64,000 nt of DNA from the human T2T-CHM13v2.0 reference genome, Homo sapiens (GCF_009914755.1 NC_060942.1), one strand, 5' to 3'. Counted from the stretch's first letter, positions 1-14,901 are shown. The notes: generated by a model from the sequence alone, not told the origin. Numbers and translations are program-made.

Positions 1-384
1 GGACCTGCCTGTCTTTGGCTTGACATTTCAGAGATTCCTACTGCACATTTCTATCTATATATAGGCAGGTCCAGCTCCAGGCAGGTGCAGGATACAGAAC
101 AAATCTCAGCGCCTCTCCTCTATACCAACACCCTCCAGCATATGGTATGTGGGTGAAATTAGGTTAAAAAGAACATCAAGGACAACCCTGGAGGATAAAT
201 GAAATCATTACCAAAAGGAAACATGTGATGGAATAAAGGAGGGGTGCCAGCTGAGAAAGGTGTTGGAGTGCTGAGTATTTGTACAAGGAATCTGCCGCTG
301 ACCATCTGTCTATTGTTTTTCAAGTTTCTACATAGACTATTAAGTTTCAGTCTCAGTAGGAAGGAAGAGGAAAAGAGAAAGAAA

Positions 385-620
385 ACATTTACTGGTTGTT
401 TGCTATGAGCCAGGCACTGGACTAGATGCTTTGTATACATTTGTGCAACACAATGTGGCATTGTCATTATTGGGCCAGCTTTACATAGATTAAGTCACTA
501 AACTGAGACTCCAGCTTAACTTTTCTGCACAAAAGCAATCTGTAAGCTCCATGAGGGCAAGGACTGTCTTTGCCAAGTTTACTGTGTGTCCCCAGTGCTT
601 AACACAGCACCTGGAACTCT
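385..620. mobile_element. Degenerate MIR (minus) and L2 3'-end (plus) fragments
   Basis: 'acatttactggttgtttgctatgagccaggcactg' is MIR/L2-tail-like; 'ctgtaagctccatgagggcaaggactgtct...cccagtgcttaacacagcacctgg' matches the L2 3' end. Confidence 0.6.
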
Positions 621-646
621 GAGGTGAGGAGGGTGTCATTGACTCT

Positions 647-934
647 TTTCTTCTTTTTTTAGAGACAGGGTCTCACTCTGTCACCCAGGCTGGAGTGCAG
701 TGGTACAATCACAGCTCACTGCAGCTTCGACCTCCTGGGCTCCAGGATCCTCCTTCCTCAGCCTCCTGGAACTACAGGTGTGCACCCCCACACATGGCTA
801 ATTTTTTGTATTTTTTGTAGAGACGGGGTTTCACCCTGTTGCTCAGACCAGTCCGAACTCCTGTGCTTAAGCAATCTGCCAGCCTCAGCCTCCCAGAGTG
901 TTGAGATTACAGGCGTGAGCCACCGCTCCCAGCC
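647..934 (-). mobile_element. AluJ SINE
   Basis: Dimeric Alu with J-type 'gagacagggtctcactctg'; TSD tcattgactct at 636-646 and 936-946. Confidence 0.95.
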
Positions 935-2974
935 ATCATTGACTCTAGAGTGAATCATGCTTCGCTCTTTCCAATTCTAGTTCCAGATCAAGAATCACAT
1001 CTCTCTCCTCAACCCATCTCCCACCTTCCTCCCTCCCTCCCTCTCTCCTCACCATGACAGAGGAAGGTCTTAGATTCCCAGGGCTGCTTCTGCTATGCAC
1101 AAAGCAATGACTGTGGACTGGGGACAGCAGGACAAGCTAACAGGGGCATCCTCCAGCAGTATAGTTACTACCAAAAAGGGAGCTGAGCTTGGAAAAAATA
1201 GAAGAGGCAGGCAGGCTTTCCTGGGTATCTGTAGCTTTCCCACTCTCAAAATTTGCACAAGAGGAGGGAGCTTTCCTTTATAAGCACAGTTGTGTCTGCC
1301 TACATAGAAGGAAGTCCTGAATGTCCATCCCCTGGGGTTCTGCTTTGGAGTTTAGCTCTGGATAGACGCCTCCACCACCCACCTCTCATACAGCTGGTGA
1401 GGCTACTTCCTGTTCTCTGCCACCTGCTTCTCTGAGTCACTGGTCTTTAAGTTTCTCCAGTAAACCCAGGCCACCTAACAGCCTTCATTCTTCATTCAAT
1501 TACCATTTATTCTTAGCAGAAGCACTAAGAATGCAAAATGGTAGCATGTACATGGCACTAGTTAAGGAATGTGCAAAAATCTATGCCTGTGCATAATGCT
1601 TTAAGTAGAACAGGAATTCTTTGTTTTTATGCTGTATTTATAATCTCAACCAAACAATTAAGATGAGATAGGATTTTATTTCAGTTTTTACCAAAAAAAG
1701 AAAGTTAAAGGACCAATGTCAGCCTATATTAATGTGAAACTGTCCTTTATTATTGACTAAAAATAAACTCACACAAACCCAGCAGCAATTTTAACCAGGT
1801 ACTTCCTAGTTAGAATCAGTTCCTGTAATTTTCAGCTTTAGAGCAACAGTTCAGAACACCAAAACTTAGCATTTTCTAAGTATTCAAAACTCAGCAAAGC
1901 AATTACTTCTTTTTCCCTCTTTTGAACCTTCCATTAGGCAACAGAGTCTCTCTTTTACCTAAGAAAGAACTATGATCTAAAAATATTATAATTTTGAATT
2001 AGGACTTAAAATAATCAAGTTTAAAGCATGTCCTTCTATATTTGTGAGTTATTCCTCCTTGATATATTTGTGGCTCTCCAGCAGCAGCAAGAAAATACTT
2101 TCTATTCCAGAGCACCTCGCCAGTGTCTACTTTTCATAGCTCCTTCTCCCCCCATTGCATTGTGCCCTGGTTTTTATTTATTTGTTTTATTGGACCAGGG
2201 TGGGTGCAACATTTTCAAACCTCAAATATGAGAAAGTCGTAGAGGGCAACATGTTTAAGATTTATATGATTAGACTGCAGGGAAGAGCAAGATGCACTTG
2301 GATGAGAGAAATTATCCTTACCATTTCCTTCTTTTATTTCTCCTTCCTTACAAAAGAGAGGTCTTGTTCTATACAATGGGCTTCAATAGCCTTCACATTC
2401 CACATAGGGAGATGATAAAGTAGCAGTCGCAGATACCTGCTAAGACTTGGTAGAAAATTAATCACCTCCCAATTATACCCAAAGCACTTGCGCATCGGAA
2501 CTCTTAACCCCATTTAGATCTGCTTGTATATTTATAATTTATAATGTTTGCAATTTGTATTGTTATTTTGGAATAAAAATTACTTCTATGCATGCAAAGT
2601 AAAAAAAACACATCTAATAATAATTAGATAATTCAACCAAGTAAAGCCACTCTGTCTTCAAAAATATGCATAAATCTTAAGGCTTTTAGTTTCCTTTTGA
2701 CTTTGTTTTGTTTGGCTGTTGAAATATTTTCTTTGCATTCATAAACACAGAAAGAAAGTCTAGTTTTTGCAGGATTTCGTAGAATCACCTCTGATTCTGT
2801 TTTTGGTATATGCCCAAGGAAAGGGTACCAAAGGGACCTTCTACAGAATAATAGGGAGAATTGGTACCTCTCCAAGCTGAGTCCCTTTCCTCTGTCACCC
2901 TGCTGCCATAGAGGAGAGTTTCTTTAACCTTTCTTCCCGTCAGAGTCCAGATGGGAAGAACTTTTATAACTTTT

Positions 2975-3110
2975 ATAAATACAGGTTCTTGAGCATCTAC
3001 ATAGACCTCCCAAATCAGTAATTCTAGAGGTGAGGTTTACAGCCCCAACATTTGTAAAGCTGTCCTTCTTGGGTGATTTTCATATGCAGGCAGGTTTGAG
3101 AGTAACTGTC
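2975..3110. mobile_element. MER5-type hAT-Charlie DNA transposon fragment
   Basis: 'aaatcagtaattctagaggtgagg...gggtgattttcatatgcaggcaggtttgagagtaactg' resembles the MER5A/B end. Confidence 0.55.
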
Positions 3111-5944
3111 CTTATTTAGGACAGTGACCCCATGTTTCCTAATGAGTCTCCTAGTTATATCCTTTATTCCTATGGCGGATAATAGCTATCATTTATTCAT
3201 TTGTTAATATGCATATGATTTATTTAGCCAAGAGAAACTAGAAATCTCAGGCTTTTTGAGGATTTTCTTGCCATCATTCCTGATTTGCTTAATGCTGATC
3301 CCTTAGGGTTAATTCTTTATTATTTGATAAAATGATATCCTGCATTGGTCATCTCTGCTGTAGCTACTGTGATGTCAACATGCCATCAACTCAAGAATAT
3401 GTCAAAGCTGGCATCTCCAGGAGGAACTACCCTTCTTTCTTCCTTACAAGGTGTCTCTTGTTTCCCAGTCTGAAATATTTCCACTGAGTCTTGTATGTTA
3501 TTTGACTTCTCCCTCGTTAAAGAACAGAAGCCTCTAATGTCACATTTTCTTCTATGCTATACAATAGAGAGAAGAGAAAGCAAGCATTGTGTTGCATTTA
3601 TAGTCATGCCTTTTATAATTATTCGTTTTAGAATATGTCATATTATTTGACCAGGACTGGACTTTTTATAATTGTAGAAAATCATGGGAAACATGCCATG
3701 TTCAGAAGACTTTTCAGGAACCCATTTTATTCATAGCCTTCTTTGCTGCTGGGTGTGTTCATCACAACTCCCATCAGAACTTCACAGGCACTAGCAGGAA
3801 TACCAGAGAGTGCTACACAGCTACATTACATGACCCTGAAGTTTCTCACTTTGGCAACATACCACACTGTCATACCACAAAAATGTAACACTGATGCCCC
3901 CAATAAGAATAACACTAACTGTTTCTGGATAAAAAGAAGGAAATAAGTAACATGTTCAAAAGCACCTGCCCACAACAAATGCTTTCTGGGAGAAAATGTG
4001 AAAATTAGATATGAAGAATCCTTGAGATAAGTTTTCACAACAATTAAATGTGAGATGGTAAAGAAGAAGCATCAGTTCACATTGAAAAAACGTATAAAAT
4101 AGTTTCATTTATCAGAAAGAAAAGAATCACTTCCCTATTAGAATTATAGACTGTGGCCCCAAAGGGATGGTGGCCCACCCTTCATTCAGAATGGTGCCAG
4201 GGATGTTACATTTTGGCAGCGTGCAGAGACTGATGGCATGCAAGAAACACTCCTAACTAGTCTTTCTTAACAGATGTGGATTGTTCCCTATTAAACTGGC
4301 CAAGGGCATCTCTTTTTACTTCTTGGGGAATTAAGGAGAATAACAAATAGCACATTGTGTTCACAGCCAGCTAAAGAGGAGAAAGTTCAACAACGTGTGT
4401 CTGTGTTAGAATAGGAAATGCTGTGGGCTTAACGTTAGGGCCCACATTCTTCTCCCATTTTTCAGCATTTTTACCCGCCTTGGAGGAAATGTGGTCATAA
4501 AAAGCGCTTCAGAGTGGTCATGGTGGTGATGGCATATGTATGAACACACAAAGACATATAATGATGTTTGCATGTGCATCCACACTTGGAGAAGCCCAGT
4601 GCATGTTATTGCACACCAGAAACCAATGTGTGTGTCGCACCTCTGCTTTTTAATAGAATTTTATATATTCCCCATTCTGTTTTTAATGAAGAATAAGAAA
4701 GAAAAAGACAACTTTCTCCCTTTCCTTTACCTGTTCCTAGGAGTGAAAGCACAGATCTGAGTCTGTGCGAACTTTGATTTGCATTCTAAACAATTAGTGG
4801 AGTTAATGCATTGATCAACTTATTTAATTAAATGTATTGAAATAATCTTTATATCCCATTTCAGCATCACTTGATCATCAGGAATCAGGTTCTGTGGTCA
4901 AGATTTATGAAACACCTGCAGATTACTTTTCAGTATTCAAAGACAGTATAGAAGTTGATTTATTGAGACTAATAAGAAACAAGTATCCATAAACTGAGAT
5001 AAAGATGGGATGTGATGAATATAATAAAGAAAAAGAGGAAATAAGTTTCAACATATCTCTGTCTTCTCCATCCCCCCTTTTCACTCTCAAATAAGAATAC
5101 AGCCTAGCACAATATTTAACTTCTCTCTCTCATACCTGTTCTTCATGCCTTGGTACAATTTATAAAAAGTGAATATTTTTTAGGAAATTTAATCTTAATA
5201 TTTGTTCCATATTAGGAATAGCCTGGGTGGCAAATGATGTTTAGCCAAATATCCCATAAAATTGAGCAGGCTGAAAGAAAATGTCATTGAAAGAAATACT
5301 TTCACCTTTCATGTCTGGCAAATACGATACATGTTCTGTGACTGTTTTTTCTTTCTAAGTCTCTAGATTAGAAGATTATATGAAGTTTCCCTGGAACTGA
5401 TGTTGGTGGCAATTTCTGGATAAAGTTTCTGGCTAAAATGAGGTTATTTCAACTTAAAGAGGAAATCAACATCTAAAAAGGGGTTAGCACTCTTTCTTCA
5501 AAGATGTTCCTGATATTTTACAAGGCTTAAAATCACATATTGTAAGTTGCTGTGATAAAATGCATTGTTTATTCAAACTGGGAAAAACAGAAGATTTAAT
5601 AAATGTCTTCTCACAAACAGTATTTGGCTACAAGAAACTCCATGTGGTATGATAAAAATTGTTCAATTTGGAAAATGACCTAGGACCTAAGTTTTGGCCA
5701 CTTTAAACATCCAACATAATGTTGGCTCACATGGCAGAGAGGGGATATTAACTGATACATGGAATGTATTTCTAGAGTTCTTTAAAAATCCAAGGAAAAA
5801 TTGATATAATTTTCTAACAGCTTATGTAAAAGTTGCACATAAAATTGTTGCAAAATAGAAAAAGTAAATCTTAGCTCTGCTTAAATTACCACAAAGAACA
5901 TGAAACTTTCCATTCAAGAGGAAGAACATTTTTTTACAGTCATA

Positions 5945-6035
5945 CACTATTATAGCTGGAAGGAGCCTCAGAGATGATCTTTCTTACCTGTTATCTTTAC
6001 TGCGGAGAGAACTGGGGGTGAGACAATTTAAGAGA
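5945..6035 (-). mobile_element. MIR/MIR3 fragment
   Basis: 'agctggaaggagcctcagagatgatct...ttactgcggagagaactggggg'. Confidence 0.5.
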
Positions 6036-7119
6036 CTTATTATGATCATCTTCATTCTTAAGCTTTCTATGAGCTACCTTAAACATTCAAATCTAATATT
6101 TGTATTGAAGATTTCCTTCACTCGTATAAACCAAAAGGTAAGAAAGAGTATGCACTTTTGTATAGTACCCACAACTAGAAAGTTAACAGTGATAGCAAAG
6201 TAGGTTCTAGTGCCTGTGGTCACATTTGAGATAGACTCCATGGATTTAGATGGCTCCCTTCCCCACCTCTTCTAATTTTGAAAAGGCAATGCAATATCTT
6301 TTCTCTCCTTTTTAATTTCTCTACATCGTGGGCTGTTGTTGTCTGCAGAAGCAAACAAAGGGCTCTCTGCTGACAGCAGAATTAATTTACAAATTCTGTT
6401 TGTTTAAGTAAAATATATCTGACAAAAAATGCTAGCTGCTATTTTAAAAAGGACTCTTGTTTGGTATCATATGTTAGCCATGCTTAAAGCAAGGTATAGA
6501 GACAAAGGGTTGACCTGGGCATGGTAGCCCACCTATGGAGACACAAGAGGTAAAGTTGCCAGGTGACAGAGAAGGAACAGAGCCATGTAAGTGCTATTCT
6601 GCTGTCCCCTTATTTATTAAGGAAAAGGGCCTCCACACTTAAGCCATAATGAACCAGAGCGAATCCTGCTATACTTGTGGAAAGGAAAAAGGAACCTAGT
6701 TGCTCCAAACAAAGTAAATCATATTGCTTAATATTAAACCATCTTGTAGGTTACCAAGAACCATTTATGATCATCTTTGTCCAATAAGGAAAAATGGGAA
6801 AAATTTAAATAGACTGAAGATAGGGAAAATCTTGACCCAAATTTTAAAACTGTAAATGCTATAAATTATGTATTGCTCGACTTGGTTCTAATATCTGATA
6901 AAATTCTACAATGGATCCATCAACATGTGGTCTAGAAAAACTGAACAAACAAGCTAACCCAGTTGCTTGTTTTGAATTTTGCAAAGGAAAATATTCTATA
7001 CAGTAAACCAAAATTTTGCTAACATATCTGACAGAGTGTCTCATGACATTCTTATAACAGCATGGTGAAATGTGGGTTGGATAATAGTACAGTTCGATGG
7101 CTTGTTTACTAACTGAAGA

Positions 7120-7615
7120 AAAGCTATTGGCAATCCGGAAAGTAAAAAAGAAACCTGATCTCTACGTGATGATCCACAATGTCCTCCGTGATCTGCTCCA
7201 CCTACTTCTCTCCTGTTCACCAAGTTCCACTCATGCCGATGACTCTATCCTTAACCAGGCCACACTCATTCTTTGCTGCTTGCATTTGCTGCTCCCATCT
7301 GTCTGGGATGCTCTTCACCTAGCTCTTCCAATAGTCAGATCCTTATGAAACTGTAGGCGTTAGTTTAAATGTCACCTATGCAGACATTGTCTTCAAATTA
7401 CGCAGCCACCTAATCAACCCTGTCACTCTATATCCTATCCCTCTGTTTATTACCTATTAGATTCTGTTTATTTTCCATCACTCCCACTACAATATCAGCT
7501 GCATCAAGGCTAAGACCTTCTTTGTTTATTCACTGAGTATCTCTAAGGCCCAACCCAATACCTGGCATGCACTAGGCTTCTGTGAATTTTTCGATAAATT
7601 AGTGAATGAATTAAT
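7120..7615 (+). mobile_element. L2 LINE 3' fragment
   Basis: 'ttgcatttgctgctcccatctgtctgggatgctctt', 'tttaaatgtcacct', 'cctggcatgcactagg' and a tgaatgaa tail. Confidence 0.8.
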
Positions 7616-8089
7616 AAAATACAACCCTAAGTAATGATATAATATCTTCTAGTTGGTTTTTTAAAATATAATATTTTTATCCATGTCTTATATGGAGATA
7701 CAGAAGGTCTGGATGTTTGTTTTGTTTTAATCTTTCTGATTACGTTATACCGAATAAATACACTGCATGATGAAATAAGAATTCATCGGGTCCTTGAAGG
7801 GTTGAAAGACCAAACCCTTACAACAAAATGTCATTAAACGAGGAGACATGAAAATTTCTGCACTTAGAATCAAAGGGAGTTTTTGTGTTATCACAGAATG
7901 CGGAGACATCATTTGTCATCAGGATTTATAAAAAATACTTTGGGTTTTACTTTATCACAATCTTGTTTTGAGCCAATAGTGTGATGTGGGCAATAAAAAT
8001 CATCAGAGTTTTAAAATTAAAAGACAGTCCCTCCAGACCAAATCCATACATTTGTTCAATTCTAGACATTAATATCTAAAAACACTGGA

Positions 8090-8300
8090 AAATGTTTAAG
8101 TGGTGAGAGGAAGAGAACAATGATTATGAGAAGCATGGAAAACTGCTCTCATAATAAAATAATCAAACTTTTACCAATAATCTCAATAAGAGTGAAGGAC
8201 TTTCTGACAGCTTAGAGTCATCCCAACATACAATAGATTATTCCATGAAACGGTGAATTTCTTGTCAGTGTAGATTCCTATTGCATGGTTAGCAGTTAGG
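8090..8300 (+). mobile_element. Possible L3/CR1 3' remnant
   Basis: 'gaaggactttctgacagcttagagtcatcccaacatacaatagattattccatgaaacggtgaatttcttgtca' resembles the CR1 3' region; very degenerate. Confidence 0.35.
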
Positions 8301-11300
8301 ATGCATTGGAAATAATTTTCATAAAATGCAAGTTTATTTGATTAATGATTTGTGATCGATTTATATAATTTAGCTGGGCTTCTTTACTCACTCCTCAGTT
8401 TCCCTACTGTGAAGTATTTGCATTAAATACTAGCATTTTTGTTTTGTTTTGTTTTCTAACGTACTATGCATGGAGAAGTTGGTTGAAAGGCATACACGCT
8501 TTGTCAGTCTGCAGATCATGAAAGTATCATGACAATAAGTATTTTGCTATATGTTAGTGGCCCACAGAGATGTCAAGAAAAGGTCAGCTACCCAACTAGG
8601 AATTGAGAATTAGTAAGTAAACTAGTAAAATCCATGCGAAATGGATGGAATTTGCCTTTGTAGGAGTAAACCAGGAGGTTATCTTTAAATTTGTCTCTCA
8701 AGAAACTAGAAATACCTGAATATAATAGAGGAAAAGTCGATTTGGAAGCTTTCTTTTATCACCTTGAAAGCAGGAACATAACTGTAACCAATTTGGAGAA
8801 AAATTGTGTGAAGAAAAGGATAGTCAGCCTCAAAAACAGAGCATCAAGACCAGGAATGTGAAGCTGACCTTGTTTATCAAATTCCATAAAAGACATAAAC
8901 TTCTTGGTTCACATAGTGATGTAATCTATAGAGATGGATTCAACAAGTTCAAGACAGACTTAGTGAAATATCCCTCAAAGCTGCCTTCTCCACTGCACTC
9001 CCAAACAACTCAGGTTAAGTCCACTTCCCAGACATTCTGGTACCTTATACTCATCTTCTTCATGGAAAACAATATAAAAATATAAAATATATAAAAATAT
9101 AACCCCAATCTAAACACTTATTATGGTGTATATACTTTGATATCATTTTGATTAGCATCCGTCTTCCTCTCCAAGTCTATACAACATGCACAACAAAATA
9201 GAGAGGCTGACCATGGGCTACAGTAACATCCCAACATAATGGCATGTTGGGTAGCTCCTAAGTAGAGAGTGTTTTCTGGCCACACTCTTGCTCACTTTCA
9301 TAGCTACATCATTCTGTATTGACTACATACTTAAACATGAGCTAATTAGTTATGGAAGAATTAATGTAAACAGGTTTTGATTTTTTGGTATGAATAACAA
9401 CTATTGAACTTAAGGATCATTAAGAAACCTTGAGGCTAGAAAGTAATTGAGAGTATTACAGAGCACATGAGATGATTTGGAAAGGAAGTAATCAAAGATC
9501 AAGAAAAGGTGAGTTTTTTAAACAATTGGTTATTTTAAACCTTAGAAGTAAGCAAAGAAGCACATCTTTCACAAGAAAATGACTGAAAATGCACAAGAAA
9601 GTTAGTGTGAACTTTGGCAGTTGGAGGAAGCCTATGCAATGATCTGCAAACCTGAAATAAGTCTATGCTCACGGAGAATTCAGTGGGGAGGCCTTCAGAC
9701 ATACGTCCCAAATGATACTGAGATATTTGAGAATATGCTGCTGAATCAGGTTCACACATTTAACCAGAAAGATGACAACAAAGTAGTCTTTACTCATGTA
9801 CACTTCTGGAAATACAAAATCTCCTGATTGCCTTTTACTGCGAAAAGAGTAGAAGGAGAAACTATTCTGAATGGGGCTTGGGTGAAGACTGTGAAGCACA
9901 CCAACCGCATAATGGAACATTCAAAAACCAAATGCAGAGTCTTTCTCACCACTGCTGTGAGGGGCCCTTTTCTCTCTCTCCATCCAGATACTATGTGACT
10001 CTGAATATCAGCAGGCAACAAGCCAAAAAAAAAAGTAAACTTGTCTCCTTGCATTTCTTTTTGCTTAATTTCTGTTTGGAGGGACTTCATGACATCATAA
10101 CGGAGAGTTTATACATAATATATGAAATAAAATGCCCTTGCCCAGAGCACAAGGAGAGTATCATCACAGACTGCTATGTGATCCTTGTCACTGTGCATTC
10201 AGTTCTCACAAAGCTGTGAAAAACCCACACTCAGAGCTCTCAATCCATTATTGCTCCCACACCCTCCCCTCAAAATTATTTGCTTGTATTCTAAATGAAC
10301 ATATTCTTTATATTGGTCCCACTTATTCTTTAGACATTCCCTCCAAGATGTTAGACCATGGCCTTGAGGAACAAATTATATTCATATACACAAGTAGTAG
10401 TCTCATACATTTTGTGAAAAAGGAAGCATTTTTCTTTCTTCAATTCAATAGAAGTTTTTAAAATTTAGATGGGAAAAGAATGATGCAAGGGGGAGAGAGC
10501 AAATTAATGCCATTTGACATTTGGTGTTTGGTGGGTAAATGGTGTTCTTCCTTGCTCAGTGGCTTAAAGCCAACCATCCAGTGACTTCCCCAGGTTTAAT
10601 TAAACCTTCAAAGAGAGGGATATGTGTTTGAAATCCAGAGAGAGGAGTAGAGATTTGTGATCAATATCAGAAACTTCCACAAGTTGGTGCTAGAGGCAGA
10701 AAGTAAGCACCGTGATACCCAGTTCCTTCTCCCAGCCATTAGATTTAATTTTAGCCTTCAGATGATATAGCAGCTGACCAATGACAGGCAATGCTACTTT
10801 TCCTGCTTATGTATACATACCCCAGAAGACAAGAAATGCACAGATTTTTAAAATATTTTAGACAAATAAGCACATATTATTTTATATGTTGGAAAATATT
10901 TAAGCATCTGCAAATACCTAGAGCATGTTTCTGTATCATGAATAAAAATTATAAATTCTTAGTATAGGACATGGGCTGTCTGTAAGGGGTGCAATAAAAA
11001 CAGAAAAGAACCACGAATGGCCCCAATAGCCTAGTCAAATTAAATCAGAATGTGAGCTTTTTGTTGTTATTGTTTACCATCAACTTACTTTTGAAAACAG
11101 CCATTGTAAAGCATCTGAAACCTAATCATTTAAGTAAACAAGGTTGGCTATTAGCTTCAGAAGAAAACACACTCTCCATTTACTCAGTGGCTAGTCTACT
11201 TCATCAAGGGCTAACACCTCTTTTCAGAAAGTTTGGTATTACTTGGCTATCCTAAACAGATGAAGGTGAGGTTCAATGAAGCAGTAAGAATTTGTTTTCA

Positions 11301-11484
11301 CTACTACAAAAGAACCACCACAAACACTAAAATATGCAAGCATTGCAACCTACTGTGTGAAGACTAATTCCCTGATAGAAGTAATGAGAAAGCTAAGCTA
11401 GGAGACCAATTTACAGAAACCCTATTCACCTGTTCCTGAAAAGGCATCCACTGAGAAGTCATCAGAATATCTCACCATCCCACC

Positions 11485-11511
<27 letters not shown>
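11485..11511 (+). repeat. Poly(A) tract (27 A)
   Basis: Read directly; no adjacent Alu or L1 body. Confidence 0.95.
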
Positions 11512-11515
<4 letters not shown>

Positions 11516-13129
11516 GGCAACCTTCCTCTATCTCCTTCCTCTATCTGTGGAAGATGCTAATTTTCACAGCCATGCAGCTTGGTAATTGCTTCAAAGACAA
11601 TGAGCAGCAGTCATGTGGCTCCAGATCTCTATCTAGGCTCCTTATTTCAAGATTCATGGACTTTATGAATTTTGTTCAGTGACTCTGAGTGCCACAGCTG
11701 ATAAGGAGCTGGACTGTTATCAACCTACAGAAATATCTAAACTCATGTGCTGGATTCAGCCATCCACACGTAAGGAGACCATCTAGCATGTGCCAGATGT
11801 TTAAAGCATGGAAATTATGAATGGATCTAACAGAACTTAGCTTTGAGGCTTAAAAAAAAAATGAAGGCAAGCTCAGGGATACCTGTGGAAAAATATGTTT
11901 TTTTTCTCTTTCTGAAATGAATCATTTTGACAAATGGAGGCGTATGGCAGTTTAGTAAACTTCACACACATGACTGGAGCTAAAATATATTTCTCCCTAT
12001 TTCAACTCAATTCATAGTAAGCTAAGGAGCCTAAATTTTTTACTTTCGGCATTCTCTAATTGGGTGATATTTTTGTGTGGTATGAGAACTGAAGAGATCA
12101 AGAATTCTCCCTTAGCATAAACACCCATTTTGCTCTGAATTCAAAAATGCTCTTCTACTCATTTTCCTTAGGTAAATTTGCAATGGTATTTTAACATCTG
12201 AAACTGCCATCCATGAATTTAAATTTCTGCATCATTAAATGGGCAACAAGCTAGCTCTGGCTGATGAAAATATGAGCTGGAAGATAACAGCACCATATGG
12301 AATGATGATCACATAATAAACCAGGAAACCAAAAACTGAATGAGTCAAGCTGCTTAGAAACACAAAACAAGGTTATAGCACTCTTTTGAAATTACTATAC
12401 TCATAAATGGTAAAAAGTACTACCTCCCAAACTTGATATCAGCTCCGTCAATAAGTCTTAACAATGTCCCCATATTATCCCTAGGGATGTAGGTAGTTGT
12501 AATGAACTCAAATAAAACTGCAAAAAATGTGTAACCTTTTCTTTTCGATAAAACTTCAGTCTATACTTTTGACTCACTCTATTACTTCCCCACCCACAGT
12601 AAAAATATGAAGACACGATGACGTACAATACTTTTAAGTTGAAAGCTCTAGACTTTTAGTCATAGCATGGTTGGGATTTATATAGCAAAATTGTTATTTT
12701 TCTAGCAGCAACTGCTTTCATGAGCCATGAGTCTTGGGAAGATGAGATAGAAGGTGGCACATAACATTTTCTCCCACTTGGTTTATTTTTACTCAAGATA
12801 CTTTGGTACTTTATGGTTTGATAAGCTACTACTCAATGATTATGGCTTGAATTACAATAAAAAAGTAGTTGGATATGTTTCAATATTACATATACTGCAA
12901 TATTACATATGGAGTATATCAAGCAACATATGGAACAATTTGTAATGATCTAGATGCTCCCAATGTCTAAATCACTTTCAGAAAATTATGGGTTTTAAGA
13001 GACTTTGAAGACATTAGTTGTTATGGTCACCAGGATGCCTTGAATAATATGCTAAGAAAGTATATATATATATGGGACCTGCATAGTTAATAGAAATAAG
13101 CTACATGCACAATGAATTTCTATATAAAA

Positions 13130-13420
13130 TATTTAGCTTAATCCCCATGAAAAGCTTGTGGGTTAGTTAGGTTTTATTATTCACATTTCACATAAGAAAG
13201 TTTAAAGGATTTGCTCAAAATCACAAAGCTAATAGTAACTCCAGGTTAGAGGAAAAACAAATTAGTATAGTGAGTATACAAGTGTACAGAGGCAGAGTTC
13301 TGAGAATTTCACAGACCCAACGTAATTCTCAAGAGGGGAAACAGAGGCCCAAAGTCACATGATTGGTGGTCAGCAGTATGGCTTCAGAGCCTGTGCTCTC
13401 AATCACCACTTCATGCTCCT
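13130..13420 (-). mobile_element. MIR fragments
   Basis: 'gttttattattcacatttcacataagaaa...ttgctcaaaatcacaaagctaat' and 'ggggaaacagaggcccaaagtcacatg...tgctctcaatcacca'. Confidence 0.6.
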
Positions 13421-14901
13421 CACTTTCTCTAGAGGCTGCTGGATGAATAAAAGAAATACAGAGGCTCAATGTCAGGATTCTGGCCCAGTGTTGCATAGAG
13501 TACAAATAGCCATGGAGTGACAATAGTTAAAAAAGAAAACATTGAATTTCCAGTGGTTCTGCAAGTAATAAAATTATATAAAATCTTAGGATGCTAGAAT
13601 TCTTATTTCTATGCCATTCTCTTGACTTCCTCTTCAGGAAATAGCAGTCTTGCTTCAGACCACCTAAAAGTATTTAAATGTCAATATCTTCATTTCCAGT
13701 GTTCCTAGAGAGAATATTGTAATGCATCGTGATACTCCATTCCCACATTAGGAGAAGATTTGGTTGAAACCAGGGAGAAGAGAAGGGTCATAAAATTGGT
13801 TTGATGTAAAATATCCTACATCTGCTTCCAGTGATTTCAATGCTATAAGGGTGAGAAGGAGAACAAGCAGTACACACGTAACAATAAAAAGCAGTAGGTA
13901 ATTATTAGTTTAAAGTAGTTCCATCAATTAAATTTAATGTTTTAAAGATTTTATGCATCACTTTGGAAGAGTCATATTCACATCTTGGGTTTTCTTTTAA
14001 ACATACCAGATAAATTCTTAATAAACTTGAGTATAGTCTTCAGCAATATCTTTAGAAATAAGGGTTTGTAGCTGGTTCTGTACAGAAATGGGAATAAGTA
14101 GTTAGGCATGGGAGGTATAAAATGTATAGCTGCGTGCAATGATCAAATATTCATTGAGAGTGACAGGTGAACCAAGTGTATTAGACACGATCCTCTCTAG
14201 TGAGCTGGAATTTCAAACTCAACATGGCAACTAGTCACATGGGATAGTTTATACAATGTGTTTAGAGGAAAGCAGAATTTTAAAAGGCAATAACCAACAA
14301 CCTTTCTCTTACATAGAGAATGCCATAACATGATTTGTGGGGAAAAAAAACATGTTTTAGCTAGCATTGTGTCATAGAAAGTGGATTTAAATAAAATCTC
14401 AATGGACAATCAAGAGATGTGATAAGAAGTTTCCATGTGAGTCTTCTCCCTCATATTCTCATTTAAAGAAAATTTAGAAAATGCTAAATTGGGTCAATGC
14501 GAATATTGTAGAAAAATAAAGTAAAAGAATAGCAGACACAATTTACTAACTGCCAGTTTGAGCCTTCCTGATCAAGAATCCCAAAGAGTGTGCTCAAGAA
14601 AGATGATCCTTCTCAAAAAAAAAAAAAAAAAAAAAAAAGAAGAAGAAAAAAAAAACACAAAGCACTGCAGAGGTATAAACAACAAACTGTGGCAACTACA
14701 GATTTGAATCCTTTCTTTACTTTGCCATGAGTTTGATTGTACCAGCTATAAATCATCATTTCAAGAATATTGCTGAAGACTATACTCAAGTTTATTAAGA
14801 ATTCATCTGATACGGTTAATAGAAAATCCAAGATGTGAATATGACTCTTTCAAAGTGATACATAAAATCATAGGAGAATGGAGTTGTCAAGTCAACTGTT
14901 G

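Noticed and set aside
9535-10461. Cluster of overlapping ORFs, including a ~125-codon + frame with one internal stop
   Set aside because: No recognisable protein family, poly(A)/TSD or convincing splice sites; cannot be called a pseudogene without BLASTX.
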